DNA of 46,212 bases, from the NCBI GenBank assembly GCA_026391915.1, contig JAPLCZ010000295.1:1-46212 (forward strand). The letters are read 5' to 3'. Each line of letters starts with the position of its first letter. The stretch's first letter is position 1. The notes beneath the pieces were generated by a model. That model ran no database searches, was not told the DNA's origin, and was given only the letters and a program-made list of their open reading frames with translations. Position numbers and translations under genes: made by a program. Of this stretch, positions 19,022-29,441 are shown piece after piece. This stretch comes from Bacteroidota bacterium (lineage in GTDB: Bacteria; Bacteroidota; Bacteroidia; CAILMK01).

Positions 19022-20570
19022 ATGAAAAGCCATAAAGATTGATGCCTTGCCCATAGCAGAAAAGAATGATGCAAAACGTCCTGAATTCAAATATGCAACA
19101 CCGTCTTTTTTGTTTGCACAAACGCCTTATCAAAGTAATTTAAAGCCGGTAAATATCAAACAAACTTATACCCTTGCACCTATTAAAAAAGGCTTTGCAA
19201 AAATTGGGTTTGGTAACTATAGCAACATACTTGGGGAGGTTTACATTAATAGTGGCAGGGATAAAGAATTACTTTACACAGCACATGCAAAATACAATTA
19301 TGGCAAGGCAGCAACTATCACCAAGGACTCCTCAGCTATGACGGATGTTGTGGCAGATGTAATGGCAAAAAAGATACTTGGGCACAATACTATTATTGGT
19401 GGTGTAGACTACAATGGAAACATCTTCCACTATTATGGCAAGCCAAACGAAAAGGCATTAACTGGTAGCAGCAACTACCAAAATTTCTCCGACTTTAGCA
19501 TTCACACAGGGTTGGAACATGGGCTAAAGGATACAGGGAAATTAAAAGTATTGGCAGACATTAACTATAACAATTTCCAAGATTTTTACCATACGCAAGA
19601 ACATAACATCACCCTGAATGCAAAGATTATTGAGCCTATAAAATCTGCTGATTTAATCTTTGAGGGCGTGTATGATTTTATCTATTATTCCTATTTTACT
19701 AAGCGGGATTATGCAGATGTAAATAAGAAAAAATCCAACCGTGGCATTACTCAAATTAATGCACGCTACCAAACACAATTAGGAATTGTTAGGGGAAGCA
19801 TTGGTTTTAAAACCACCACCGAATCCGACTCCACAAGCAGCAAGTTTTGGTTTTACCCAGATTTGCATTTAGATGTTGATATCACTGAGAAATATCTAAC
19901 TGCATTTGCAAATGTGACCGGTGGTGTGCAGAAAAATACTTTCAGGAGTTTGGCGAAAGAAAATCCGTTTCTTCAATCCAATCTTGTCCCCAAAAACACC
20001 AATGCATTTATTGCAGATGTAGGGTTGAAAGGTAGTACCTCAAGCGGGTTGGTATATATGGGTTCATTGGCCTATAACATGGTTAACAATATGTATTTCT
20101 TCGCTAATGATACCGTGGAAAGCCGCCGTTTTGTATTGCAGTATTATGCGCCAATTACCACGGTGCTAAAAGTACATGGCGAGTTGGGCTATGCCCCAAA
20201 AAACATCTATAGCCTAACCTTTGGGGGCAATTATTACAACTACTCTTTTCAGGATAACACCATTGAAGAACCTTTCTACAAACCTCCATTTGATGTTTAT
20301 GTAGCAGGCAGATACTACCTCAAAGAAAAACTTACCATTGGCTCAGAGGTGTTTGCTTTTGGTAGCAGATATGCCAAAACTATTGGCTCATCCAATATCA
20401 TTACTCTAAAACCCGCGCTTGATTTTAACCTATGGACAGACTATAATTACAATGATAGATTTGTCTTTTTCCTTGAGTTGAAAAACCTCCTTGGTACACA
20501 ATATAGCCTCTGGAATTATTACCCAGTAAGAGGATTCCAAGCAGTGGCAGGGGTTAAGGTGAGTTTTTAG
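19022..20570 (+). CDS. Outer-membrane beta-barrel (TonB-dependent-receptor-like partner of the TPR gene); N-terminus apparently deleted or frameshifted
   Basis: G.GNY motif, beta-strand pattern and NLL...Y..W..YP..G.Q...G...F C-terminus. The ATG at 19022 is out of frame with the long ORF (19026-20570) and no signal peptide is encoded. Confidence 0.7.
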
Positions 20571-20583
20571 AATCACTCAAAAT

Positions 20584-20623
20584 GAAATAAAAAAGGCAAC
20601 CCATGAGTTGCCTTTTTTATTTC
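20584..20623. terminator. Bidirectional intrinsic terminator
   Basis: GAAATAAAAAAGGCAAC-CCATGA-GTTGCCTTTTTTATTTC, a perfect 17-bp inverted repeat between convergent genes. Confidence 0.9.
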
Positions 20624-20645
20624 CTATAAACCGAAAAATTCTTCC

Positions 20646-21983
20646 CTACTGAATCTTGAAAGTATTCATAAAGGCAGTGGTGAAATCACCTGCAATAAAC
20701 TTTTTGTCATTCATAATTTGAATGTGTAGCGGGAGGGTAGTCTTCACACCTTCAATAATAAATTCATCCAAAGCACGGCGCATTTTTACAATGGCTTCCT
20801 CACGGGTGCGGGCTACCACAATAAGTTTTGCAATCATGCTGTCATAATTTGGAGGGATGGTATAGCCAGCATATACATGTGTATCCACCCTTACACCATG
20901 CCCACCGGGTTTGTGCAAGCTGGTAATTTTACCCGGGCTTGGGCGGAAATCGTTATAGGGGTCTTCTGCATTTATGCGGCCCTCAATAGCCCACTTCTCA
21001 GGGTAATAATTTTTTCCTGAGATAGGGATACCGGCAGCCACCAATATTTGTTCTTTGATTAAATCATAATTAATTACCTCTTCAGTAATAGGATGCTCTA
21101 CTTGTATTCGGGTATTCATCTCCATAAAATAGAATTTACGGTATTTATCAACCAAAAATTCTATAGTTCCAACGCCTTCATAATTTACAGAAGATGCTGC
21201 GGCAATAGCTGCTGCACCCATTTCATCCCTAAGTTCGGGTGTCATAAAGGGGGAAGGTGCTTCCTCCAATAATTTTTTGTGGCGGCGTTGAATAGAGCAG
21301 TCTCTCTCTGAGAGGTGACAAACAGTACCAAACTGGTCACCAACTATTTGTATTTCTATATGGCGAGGTTCTTCAATATACTTCTCCATATAGAGTTCAT
21401 CATTGCCAAAAGAAGCAGTGGCTTCTTGCTTGGCAGAGTCATATGCTTTCTGGATTTCTGCTTCTTCCCAAACCACACGCATTCCTTTTCCTCCGCCTCC
21501 GGCAGAGGCTTTTATGATTACAGGGTAGCCAATTTTAGTAGCGGTTTTCTTAGCATCTTTTACATCAGTCAATATACCATCAGAGCCGGGTACTACAGGT
21601 ACTCCTGCTTTCTTCATGGTTTCTTTAGCAGCGGCTTTATTCCCCATGGAATTGATTTGTTCCGGCGTAGCACCAATGAACTTAATCCCATGCAGTTTGC
21701 ACAACTCACTAAACTTTGCATTCTCTGATAAAAACCCATAACCAGGGTGAATAGCATCAGCATTAGTAATCTCTGCGGCGGCAATAATGCTTGCCATATT
21801 AAGGTATGATTTTGCACTTGGTGGCGGGCCAATACAAACAGCTTCATCTGCAAAGCGCACATGCAAACTTTCAGCATCCGCGGTGCTATAAACAGCTACG
21901 GTTTTTATTCCCATTTCTCGGCAAGTCCTCTGAATTCTCAGGGCTATCTCTCCGCGGTTGGCTATTAATATCTTTTTAAACAT
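20646..21983 (-). CDS. accC: Acetyl-CoA carboxylase biotin carboxylase subunit
   Basis: [24 protein letters not shown] and [10 protein letters not shown] motifs. Confidence 0.98.
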   Translation of the reverse strand: MFKKILIANRGEIALRIQRTCREMGIKTVAVYSTADAESLHVRFADEAVCIGPPPSAKSYLNMASIIAAAEITNADAIHPGYGFLSENAKFSELCKLHGIKFIGATPEQINSMGNKAAAKETMKKAGVPVVPGSDGILTDVKDAKKTATKIGYPVIIKASAGGGGKGMRVVWEEAEIQKAYDSAKQEATASFGNDELYMEKYIEEPRHIEIQIVGDQFGTVCHLSERDCSIQRRHKKLLEEAPSPFMTPELRDEMGAAAIAAASSVNYEGVGTIEFLVDKYRKFYFMEMNTRIQVEHPITEEVINYDLIKEQILVAAGIPISGKNYYPEKWAIEGRINAEDPYNDFRPSPGKITSLHKPGGHGVRVDTHVYAGYTIPPNYDSMIAKLIVVARTREEAIVKMRRALDEFIIEGVKTTLPLHIQIMNDKKFIAGDFTTAFMNTFKIQ

Positions 21984-22008
21984 GGAAATTTAATTTGAAA
22001 ATTATACG

Positions 22009-22083
22009 ATTTGAAGATTTGAAAATTGATGCCTCATTGAAGTTTATAAATTTTCAAATTAGCACATTTTCAAATCTTCAAAT
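22009..22083. repeat. 18-bp perfect inverted repeat built from 8-mer units (ATTTGAAGATTTGAAAAT ... ATTTTCAAATCTTCAAAT)
   Basis: Arms at 22009-22026 and 22066-22083 in the accB-accC spacer. Confidence 0.75.
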
Positions 22084-22577
22084 TAAGAAGGTTCTACTAA
22101 GAAAAGGGGTTGGTCATACTCCACTGGTGAGGTATCATCAGCAAGTATTTTAACAATAGTACCACTGATTTCTGCCTCTATCTCATTAAAGAGTTTCATG
22201 GCTTCTATCACGCAAAGTACTTGCCCTTTTACAATCTTATCACCTACCTGCACAAACGGTGGTTTATCAGGGCTTGGCTTGCGGTAAAGCGTACCAATCA
22301 TAGGTGATTTGATGATAACTTCAGTACTGGCAACTGGTGCAGCAGCAGGTGTTTCTGTGGCAATTACAATCTGCGGGGCAGGTGCCGCAGCAGGTGCACT
22401 TTGTTGTTGCGGCATCATCATACCTTGTGGCATCATGTACTGCTGAGGAAAGAATTTCTTCTCATCCTCATTGGTGGTTTTGATGGTGATTTTAAAATCT
22501 CCCTGTTCTAATTTTACCTCGGAAACTCCAGACTTTGATACAAAGCGAATGAGTTCCTGAATTTGTTTTAGATCCAT
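22083..22577 (-). CDS. accB: Biotin carboxyl carrier protein
   Basis: EAMKL biotinylation motif, Pro/Ala linker, SPM.GT.YR.P.P. Confidence 0.97.
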   Translation of the reverse strand: MDLKQIQELIRFVSKSGVSEVKLEQGDFKITIKTTNEDEKKFFPQQYMMPQGMMMPQQQSAPAAAPAPQIVIATETPAAAPVASTEVIIKSPMIGTLYRKPSPDKPPFVQVGDKIVKGQVLCVIEAMKLFNEIEAEISGTIVKILADDTSPVEYDQPLFLVEPS

Positions 22578-22578
22578 A

Positions 22579-23148
22579 TTATTTGGTTTTTACACGTTCT
22601 ACATAAGAACGGGTTCTTGTGTCAACTTTTATTAAATCATTAGTATTTACAAACAAAGGTACATTGATGATAGCACCCGTATCCAATGTTGCAGGTTTAA
22701 GGGTATTGGTAGCGGTATCACCACGCAAACCTTGCTCTGAGTACACCACTTCTAAGGTTACAAAGGGTGGAAGATTGCATTGCAATGGACTTTCATTTTC
22801 TGCATGAAAAAGGATTTCCACCCCTTGCCCTTCTTTCAATAAATCACTGTTATCAATCATTGTTTCAGGGATGGTTACCTGCTCAAAATTATCGCTATTC
22901 ATAAACACATAGCCAGCTTCTTCTTTGTAAAGATATTGATGTTCACGGGTCTCTACACGCACTGAATTAATTTTTACGCCAGCGTTAAAAGTATTGTCAA
23001 TTACCCTACCTGTGGTAATGTTTTTAAGTTTGGTGCGCACAAAGGCGGGGCCTTTACCCGGCTTCACATGTTGGAAGTCAACAATGGTAAATAAATCACC
23101 ATTATACTCCAAACATAAACCCATCTTAAAATCTGCTGTAGTAGCCAT
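22579..23148 (-). CDS. efp: Elongation factor P
   Basis: HVKPGKG.AFVR and GDTA...KPA motifs. Confidence 0.97.
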   Translation of the reverse strand: MATTADFKMGLCLEYNGDLFTIVDFQHVKPGKGPAFVRTKLKNITTGRVIDNTFNAGVKINSVRVETREHQYLYKEEAGYVFMNSDNFEQVTIPETMIDNSDLLKEGQGVEILFHAENESPLQCNLPPFVTLEVVYSEQGLRGDTATNTLKPATLDTGAIINVPLFVNTNDLIKVDTRTRSYVERVKTK

Positions 23149-23169
23149 ATTTTGTTTTGTTATTGTCTT

Positions 23170-24180
23170 TTATTGGTTGATGGAAACGCCATCATACGCC
23201 CATTTTAGGTAGAGTGCGCCCCAAGTAAATCCGCCACCAAAGGCAGAGATAACAAGGTTATCACCTTTCTTTAATTGCTTCTCCCACTCTTGCAAAAGTA
23301 ATGGGATAGTACCATTGGTTGTGTTACCAAACTTCTGAATATTCATCATCACCTTTTCCGGTGATAAACCCATGCGGTTAGCAGTGGCATCAATGATTCT
23401 TTTATTGGCCTGATGTGCCACTAGCCACTGAATGTCATCCCCAGTTAAATTATTCCTTTGCATGATTTCATAGGATACATCAGCCATATTGGTAACAGCA
23501 AATTTAAAAACTGTTTGCCCCTCTTGATGTACATAATGTTCACGCTTTTGTACCGTATCTAATGTTGGTGGATAGGCAGAGCCTCCAGCCTTTTGATAAA
23601 GATATTGCCTGCCTGCTCCGTCAGATTTTAAGATGGAATCTTGCAAGCCCAAACCTTCAGTATTTGGTTCTAATAGCACAGCACCAGCACCATCTCCGAA
23701 GATAATGCAGGTTTGCCTATCAGTATAATCAATGATGGAAGACATCTTATCTCCACCAATTACTAATACTTTTTTGTGAGTGCCTGTTTCTATAAATTTG
23801 GATGCCGTGGCAAGGGAATAAATAAAGCCTGAACATGCTGCTTCAATGTCAAATCCCCATGCGTTTTTCATTCCTACTTTATCACAAATGATATTAGCCG
23901 TTGCAGGGAAAATCATGTCTGGTGTTACTGTAGCGCAAATCACCAATTCTATTTCAAGGGGGTCAGTATTTGTTTTTTTAAGAACATCCCAAACGGCTTG
24001 CTCTGCCATTACTGACGTGCCATTGCCTTCGCCTTTCAATATTCTGCGTTCTGTAATTCCTGTGCGAGATGTTATCCACTCATCGGTGGTTTCCACAAGA
24101 TTTTCTAATTCCTGATTATTGAGGATGTATTCGGGTACGTATCCCCCGACACCGGTAATGGCAGCCCGGATTTTTTCCAT
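23170..24180 (-). CDS. fabH: Beta-ketoacyl-ACP synthase III
   Basis: AACSGF, FGDGAGA, HQAN.RII and GNT motifs (Cys-His-Asn triad). Confidence 0.97.
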   Translation of the reverse strand: MEKIRAAITGVGGYVPEYILNNQELENLVETTDEWITSRTGITERRILKGEGNGTSVMAEQAVWDVLKKTNTDPLEIELVICATVTPDMIFPATANIICDKVGMKNAWGFDIEAACSGFIYSLATASKFIETGTHKKVLVIGGDKMSSIIDYTDRQTCIIFGDGAGAVLLEPNTEGLGLQDSILKSDGAGRQYLYQKAGGSAYPPTLDTVQKREHYVHQEGQTVFKFAVTNMADVSYEIMQRNNLTGDDIQWLVAHQANKRIIDATANRMGLSPEKVMMNIQKFGNTTNGTIPLLLQEWEKQLKKGDNLVISAFGGGFTWGALYLKWAYDGVSINQ

Positions 24181-24188
24181 TTTAGTTT

Positions 24189-25130
24189 TTATAATTCAAA
24201 AGCCTGTTTGATTTTCTCTACAAGCTTAGATTCTACAATTTGTTGGGCAAGGGTAATCATTTTTGCGAAGGTAGCAGGGGTTGATACACCATGCGCAATC
24301 ATCACAGGTTTGTTTACACCAAGCACGGGAGAGCCACCATGGTTTTCATGGTCAAACTGCTCAGAGTATTCATCATGAAGACCGCGGTCTTTCATGATTT
24401 TTACAATGGTTTCACCTGTTTTTAAAACTATATTTCCGGTGAAGCCATCGGTTACTACTACATCACATTTATCATTAAATAAATCATAGCCTTCTATGTT
24501 TCCAGCAAAATTTATTTTGTCAGAGCCAGCCAATAATGGGTAAGCAGCTTGTGCTACAAGGTTTCCTTTTTCAGGCTCAGAGCCAATGTTAAGCAAGCCC
24601 ACTTTTGGGTTATCAATTCCTAAAACTGCCTTGGCATAAATAGACCCTAATAAGCCAAATTGAAAAAGCACATCATGGCGGCAATCTGCATTAGCACCAA
24701 TATCCAAAAGCACTCCCGGAGAGCCTTTTTCTTTGGGTATTAAGGACATAATTGCTGGGCGGATAACGCCTTCAATAGCTTTTACAGTATAGAGTGCGCC
24801 TACATAAACAGCCCCTGTATTACCAGCACTTACAAAGATATCAATCATCCCTGCTTTAAGCATTTTTAACCCAACCAATATACTGGAGTCGGGCTTTTGA
24901 GTCATTGCCTTAGTAGGCGATTCTCCCATTTCCACTACCTGCGAAGTATGGACGATTTCATACTTATCAAGCGGGAACTTATGCTTCTCTACAAAAGGAA
25001 CAATGTCTTCATTGTTGCCAATCAATACAAGCTTTACAGATTTAGGCAGATTGTTTATGGCCAAGGCAACACCCTCCAAAGGGTATTGTGGTGCATAATC
25101 ACCACCCATAATATCTAAGCCTATCCGCAT
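24189..25130 (-). CDS. plsX: Phosphate acyltransferase PlsX
   Basis: D.MGGD.AP, SAGNTGA, D.GAN.D and DGFTGN motifs. Confidence 0.96.
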   Translation of the reverse strand: MRIGLDIMGGDYAPQYPLEGVALAINNLPKSVKLVLIGNNEDIVPFVEKHKFPLDKYEIVHTSQVVEMGESPTKAMTQKPDSSILVGLKMLKAGMIDIFVSAGNTGAVYVGALYTVKAIEGVIRPAIMSLIPKEKGSPGVLLDIGANADCRHDVLFQFGLLGSIYAKAVLGIDNPKVGLLNIGSEPEKGNLVAQAAYPLLAGSDKINFAGNIEGYDLFNDKCDVVVTDGFTGNIVLKTGETIVKIMKDRGLHDEYSEQFDHENHGGSPVLGVNKPVMIAHGVSTPATFAKMITLAQQIVESKLVEKIKQAFEL

Positions 25131-25152
25131 GTTTCTTTAGTAAGACTTTGGG

Positions 25153-25338
25153 TTAAGCTGTTTGTGCTACTTCGTACACTTGTTTGTGGCGGTATTGGCC
25201 GCAAGAACTACAAATACGGTGATATAAGTTTGGCGTGCCGCAGTTAGGGCAAAGCATTAGCGTTGGCATAATAGCATTATCATGCGTTCTTCTTTTATCC
25301 CTTCTTTGCTTGGAGTGTCTTCGTTTAGGATGTGGCAT
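25153..25338 (-). CDS. rpmF: 50S ribosomal protein L32
   Basis: MPHPKRRHSK.RRDKRRTH with CPNC/CSSC zinc motifs. Confidence 0.97.
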   Translation of the reverse strand: MPHPKRRHSKQRRDKRRTHDNAIMPTLMLCPNCGTPNLYHRICSSCGQYRHKQVYEVAQTA

Positions 25339-25344
25339 TTTACT

Positions 25345-25881
25345 TTATTTATTTTTTATGTTTTTTAATTTATTTAATCCTTCCCATCGTGGGTCTGTTT
25401 CGTTTTCGTTGGTGTGTGGTTTTAAATCATTGAGTTTAGCAATCATGAGTGGGTTGCATTCTTTGCCTTCCATATCGCATGTAATATGGAGAGGAATTGA
25501 AAGGGTGATAAACTCATAGATAAGGGGGCTTAAATCCAATTGGTAGGCCTCATCATCCAGTATTAAAAGTTCATCATCACCGGAGTCTTGCTCTTCTTCA
25601 TTCCCTATTTTTATGATGAGCCGGTTTTGGCTCTCAAAGGGGTAGTCAATAGCATCAAGACAACGGTTGCATTCGGCTTCCAGCTTCCCATTAATAGAGA
25701 AATCAAGAATTATAAATGCTTCACTTTGCTTCTCAATATTTAAAAGAACATCAGCACTGCCATGGGCAATTAATGAATTCTCAAAGCCATCAAAAAACGC
25801 CTCATCCACCTCATAATTATAGGTATGATGCCCCGCTTTTAAACTTCCAAAATTTAATATGTATCCACGCAGTCCTTTCAC
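25345..25881 (-). CDS. yceD: DUF177/YceD family protein
   Basis: C.RCL and DPRW..L motifs upstream of rpmF. GTG start 25881 chosen because the -7 element TAATTTTG lies at 25903-25910 (minus strand). Confidence 0.88.
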   Translation of the reverse strand: MKGLRGYILNFGSLKAGHHTYNYEVDEAFFDGFENSLIAHGSADVLLNIEKQSEAFIILDFSINGKLEAECNRCLDAIDYPFESQNRLIIKIGNEEEQDSGDDELLILDDEAYQLDLSPLIYEFITLSIPLHITCDMEGKECNPLMIAKLNDLKPHTNENETDPRWEGLNKLKNIKNK

Positions 25882-25968
25882 AGCGTTAACTGAAATAGTG
25901 GGCAAAATTAAGCACTGTAACCCGAAATAGCAAACGGGGTTTTGGTATGATGTAAATTGGAAAAGATT

Positions 25969-26135
25969 CACCTCAGGCTGAACTTGTTTCAGCATCTTCT
26001 GCTCTTTCAAAAATATTTCTTGGAAGCTCTTGAGGGTAGATTATAACTGAGGTGTGAAAGGCTATTATGTTATGCGTTAAAACGCATGTTTAAATAATCC
26101 GCGTTACAACCTTTAGCTCATGACCGCAGGGAATA
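25969..26135. repeat. Cluster of palindromes and degenerate REP-like units at the left edge of the accessory block
   Basis: CACCTCAG/CTGAGGTG inverted repeat (25969-25976/26047-26054), REP-like TCAGGCTGAACTTGTTTCAGCATCT (25973-25997), and ATGCGTT-AA-AACGCAT (26072-26087). Confidence 0.5.
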
Positions 26136-26153
26136 AACGTGGACTATTAGAAA

Positions 26154-26477
26154 TTATAAAGAAAGAACGTATACTTTTCCCTTTTCAAAATCATTCATTT
26201 GATTTTCAAAAATTGGGACAAAACTAAGAAGGCTTTCCAACTTACTGTTGTGTGAATCAAAAATAACTATGGCAATTTTATAATCCTTCATATTGTTTTG
26301 AAATTGCAAATTCTTATCTATTGTCAATAACACATCAAATCCTTCTGCAATAGCCCTCGTCATTAAGTTGCCATTTTTCATACCTACCCAATCCATATTA
26401 GCAACTGTATAAACCGTATGATTTACCAAATGCTTCTTAAGCGTTTTGGTAATACACTCATCAAGTAATATTTTCAT
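26154..26477 (-). CDS. DUF5615 PIN-like toxin (VapC45-like)
   Basis: MKILLDEC, W.G.KNG.L and FDVLLT.DKN motifs. Overlaps the antitoxin stop. Confidence 0.85.
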   Translation of the reverse strand: MKILLDECITKTLKKHLVNHTVYTVANMDWVGMKNGNLMTRAIAEGFDVLLTIDKNLQFQNNMKDYKIAIVIFDSHNSKLESLLSFVPIFENQMNDFEKGKVYVLSL

Positions 26478-26694
26478 TGAGGATATTAGTACTGGTATTA
26501 ATTAGTTTTTCAGAAATCTCTAATATTCTTATTACCTGCTCTCTTTTAACGCCTTCAAAATCATTTAAAAAAGTCTCAATAGTTTCTCCTGTTTCAAGAT
26601 AGTCAAATAGATTTTTTATTGGTACTCTTGTACCAAAGAATACAGGAGTGCCTCCAAGTATTTCTTTATCAACATTTATAATTTTTACACTCAT
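26461..26694 (-). CDS. DUF433 family antitoxin
   Basis: D.EILGGTPVF.GTRVP...LFDYL..G..I..FL.DF signature. Confidence 0.92.
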   Translation of the reverse strand: MSVKIINVDKEILGGTPVFFGTRVPIKNLFDYLETGETIETFLNDFEGVKREQVIRILEISEKLINTSTNILNENIT

Positions 26695-26713
26695 TTTTTT
26701 TAATTTATTTACA

Positions 26714-26756
26714 CAAAGATAGGTTGATAAAAGAACAATACAAATCTAAGATTTGT
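26714..26756 (-). promoter_or_regulatory. TA promoter (-33 TTTG, 19-nt spacer, -7 TATCTTTG) overlapped by the palindrome ACAAATCT-A-AGATTTGT
   Basis: -7 at 26714-26721, -33 at 26741-26744, palindrome at 26740-26756. Confidence 0.6.
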
Positions 26757-26810
26757 TAACACTGTGACTTAGTCAGAGACTAAGCCAAGCGGGGTCAATT
26801 ATTTCAGGCA

Positions 26811-27023
26811 TTAGTTATTGTTTTCTTTTTTCAACCTCTCCACTTCCTCTTTATAATGCGCTGTTTGGGTTTGTTCTTCTCCTTTTTCTGCTAACTCTTG
26901 GGAGTAATAAAGTTCTGGTTGTTCATGCACTATACCGTGGTATTTATACATGAGTTTAGCATAGGCATTAAATGCTTTTATAAATTCGGCTTTTGCTTTA
27001 TTAAAGAGATTTAGGTTGTTCAT
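26811..27023 (-). CDS. Hypothetical 70-aa helical protein at the end of the R-M/SIR2 operon
   Basis: ATG 23 nt after the SIR2 stop with upstream AAGGAG. No recognisable motif. Confidence 0.5.
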   Translation of the reverse strand: MNNLNLFNKAKAEFIKAFNAYAKLMYKYHGIVHEQPELYYSQELAEKGEEQTQTAHYKEEVERLKKENNN

Positions 27024-27046
27024 TGAAAAATGCTCCTTCTTTTACT

Positions 27047-28177
27047 TTATGAGTTTAATCCCTCCATTACAAATTCTTCAACTCCTTCATAAGTAATATC
27101 TATATTCTTGTTACTAAAGAAGGTTTGAAATCTATAGCCTGCATAAAAATGTTCAACACCTTTTTGGGGTAAATCATATTTTGATAGGATTACTCTTATT
27201 TTAACTTCCTTTTTTAACATTCTTGAAAGCAATTGTCGAAGTTCAAAATCTGCTTGAGGTAATGAATATCCTATAAAAACTACTCTGTCTGCTTCTGAGA
27301 GTTCAATCCCTGCATTTTGCCAAATTAGTTTGATTTGAAAATTATTTAGGTCCTTCAAAAAAGTTGGCATTATAAGGTTAGTTCTTAGCTTTATACTTTC
27401 TTTTTGATGCCCTGAAAAATTACGTTCACAGTGTTTGCAGTGATGTGTTTTTATTAAATAAACTCCTTGAAAATTCTCATAAAAGTTAGTGTACAGCCTT
27501 TGGCACCTTGGGCAGGTCAACCAGTTCATTGAACCATGAAGTTTTAACAACTTAACATTGAATTTGCCTTTACCAAGTGCATAAAGCCCAGGCTTAATCC
27601 TTGGGTCATCTTTTAATGAACTAACATAACAGCAATAATCAACCACACCAGCAAATTCTTCTTTTGGTTTCTTAATTTTATTTAAGCCTCTCTGTAATTC
27701 ATTGTCTAGTATAATATCCCAATTGGTAGAGATAACCGCAATATTGTCAAGTTCAGGATTCTGAGCTCTATCTTGGGTTTCACTTATTAAGTGTTTTACA
27801 AATTTTTTAATGTATGCAGCATGTGGTGTTTTTATGCTTTGACTAATAGCAGTAGAAATCAAAATGTAAATATCTTCACGAATAGCCATAAGTTGCCTAG
27901 GTTCTACATCTCTAAATGAAACATCTTCTATAATACATCTATCAATCGGAGTAAATATGTCCTCTAATGAGATATTAGGTAGAGATGCCTTGGTGGTAAA
28001 AAGATTTGCTAAACTGAACTCAGTAAACCTTTCTAGAAGGGCTTCAATTTTTTTAAGCTGGTTATCATTAAGGTTGGCAACTAATGGGAGTGCTAAGATT
28101 TTACTAATAATTTCACCTTGCATGGGTGCACCACAAGGTTTTGAAAATCCAGCACCCAAAATATAAACTGTTTTCAT
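27047..28177 (-). CDS. SIR2-like (sirtuin-fold, SIR2_2-type) protein with Zn ribbon; candidate NADase effector
   Basis: VYILGAGFS, STNWD, KLHGSMNW, CPRC...CKHC and IGYS.P.AD motifs. Start at ATG 28177 (MKTVYIL). Confidence 0.85.
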   Translation of the reverse strand: MKTVYILGAGFSKPCGAPMQGEIISKILALPLVANLNDNQLKKIEALLERFTEFSLANLFTTKASLPNISLEDIFTPIDRCIIEDVSFRDVEPRQLMAIREDIYILISTAISQSIKTPHAAYIKKFVKHLISETQDRAQNPELDNIAVISTNWDIILDNELQRGLNKIKKPKEEFAGVVDYCCYVSSLKDDPRIKPGLYALGKGKFNVKLLKLHGSMNWLTCPRCQRLYTNFYENFQGVYLIKTHHCKHCERNFSGHQKESIKLRTNLIMPTFLKDLNNFQIKLIWQNAGIELSEADRVVFIGYSLPQADFELRQLLSRMLKKEVKIRVILSKYDLPQKGVEHFYAGYRFQTFFSNKNIDITYEGVEEFVMEGLNS

Positions 28178-28205
28178 TATTCCATGTTCATTTTTAACAT
28201 AGTTT

Positions 28206-29441
28206 CTACCCCACCTTGACCTGCCCATTCATAAGCATTGGCAATAGCCAATCACGCAGTTCGGAGAGTTTTTGATTTTCGATTTCATTATTCATCTTCT
28301 TAGAAAAAATTGGTGCAATAATTTTTTCTAAGACTTTAGTTAATTCCTTTGGTGGTATTGCAATTCTGCTTTGTTGCAAATGTTCTTGGGTGATATGACC
28401 CATCGTAGTTTTTCTATTTTCAGCCATCATCTTGAAGTGTTGCAAATAATTCAAAAGTTGATAGTAATAAAATGACTTTGGATAATCATTAGATGTTACT
28501 TTAAAAATGTGCTGATTTAAAGCGCCTTTTCCACCAGTCCATATTTTCACTTCTAATGAAGCAGACCATGAAAATAAAACATCTCCATTTTCTATAATCG
28601 CTTTTTCTGGAATATTTGGGCGAACTAATTCCGAATTTGAAGTAAACCCTTCATTCATTTCACGAATCTTAATGACTCTTAGAAATTCGTCTCCAGTTGG
28701 TCTAAATTTTTGACACGGCAAACCATTTGCATAATCAGCAATATCAAGCAAGGTTCCAACACTCCAACCTTCTAAATCCGGAATCTCCCTTTTCAACTCT
28801 TCATTCCAAACCATTTTACCACCACTTGTTTTGTAGTGCTTGCCTTTTGCGTTAGGAAAATCAAACTGCACAAACCAATAATCATACAGTGTTTTTGCCA
28901 TTGCTTCTAACTCGGCATTGATGCGGTTGTTGAGTTCGATTTTGGAATCTAATGCGGCAAGGACGGAGGCGATTTTTTGTTGGGTTTCCTTATTTGTGTG
29001 AATAGGCAACTCAAGTAAATCAAAATCAGTTTTATTTAAAAGTGGCAACGCTGTACTACCTGTTGATGCGTTTCTTAAAAGCTTGTAATTATTTTTGATT
29101 GAATAATAAACGTAATCTTGATAGTAATTTTTGCTCGGTATTATTGAATTTATTTGTTGATTAGTAATACAGCTTGTTTTATTCATTGACGCTTTACCCA
29201 TTGCTGAACCAATACAAGTTATCATTATACTTTTGGGTGGTAAAAGTTTGTTCGAAAGCTTAGAAACTCCTTCTTCAGAGAGATATCTTTCGGTAGTGTT
29301 CATCATTTTACTATCGAAAGAATCAGAAGGAGTAACAAACATATATTCTGAACCAAAATCTTCTGGGTTATTTGAAGATGGAGTTTTACCAGTAACTGTA
29401 TGGCCAATATCAGTAATCTTTATTTTCGCTATTTCATTCAT
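28206..29441 (-). CDS. hsdS: Type I R-M specificity subunit (two TRDs)
   Basis: TGKTPS, NQQIN, central QQKIA..L..LD.KIELN..IN..LE.MAK.LY..WF spacer, and C-terminal L..LRD.LLP.LM.G. Confidence 0.95.
   Translation of the reverse strand: MNEIAKIKITDIGHTVTGKTPSSNNPEDFGSEYMFVTPSDSFDSKMMNTTERYLSEEGVSKLSNKLLPPKSIMITCIGSAMGKASMNKTSCITNQQINSIIPSKNYYQDYVYYSIKNNYKLLRNASTGSTALPLLNKTDFDLLELPIHTNKETQQKIASVLAALDSKIELNNRINAELEAMAKTLYDYWFVQFDFPNAKGKHYKTSGGKMVWNEELKREIPDLEGWSVGTLLDIADYANGLPCQKFRPTGDEFLRVIKIREMNEGFTSNSELVRPNIPEKAIIENGDVLFSWSASLEVKIWTGGKGALNQHIFKVTSNDYPKSFYYYQLLNYLQHFKMMAENRKTTMGHITQEHLQQSRIAIPPKELTKVLEKIIAPIFSKKMNNEIENQKLSELRDWLLPMLMNGQVKVG

Noticed and set aside
22579-23148. efp inside the fatty-acid operon as a novelty
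   Set aside because: To my knowledge fabH-efp-accB-accC is a common order in several Bacteroidota lineages.
25882-26010. YceD N-terminal extension
   Set aside because: It runs through the promoter motif and a REP-like hairpin.
28178-28228. SIR2 start overlapping hsdS
   Set aside because: The Rossmann strand begins right after ATG 28177; the upstream residues look non-coding.
28206-29441. Phase-variable hsdS (shufflon or repeat tract)
   Set aside because: No silent hsdS copy, recombinase, flanking inverted repeats or simple-sequence tract was seen.
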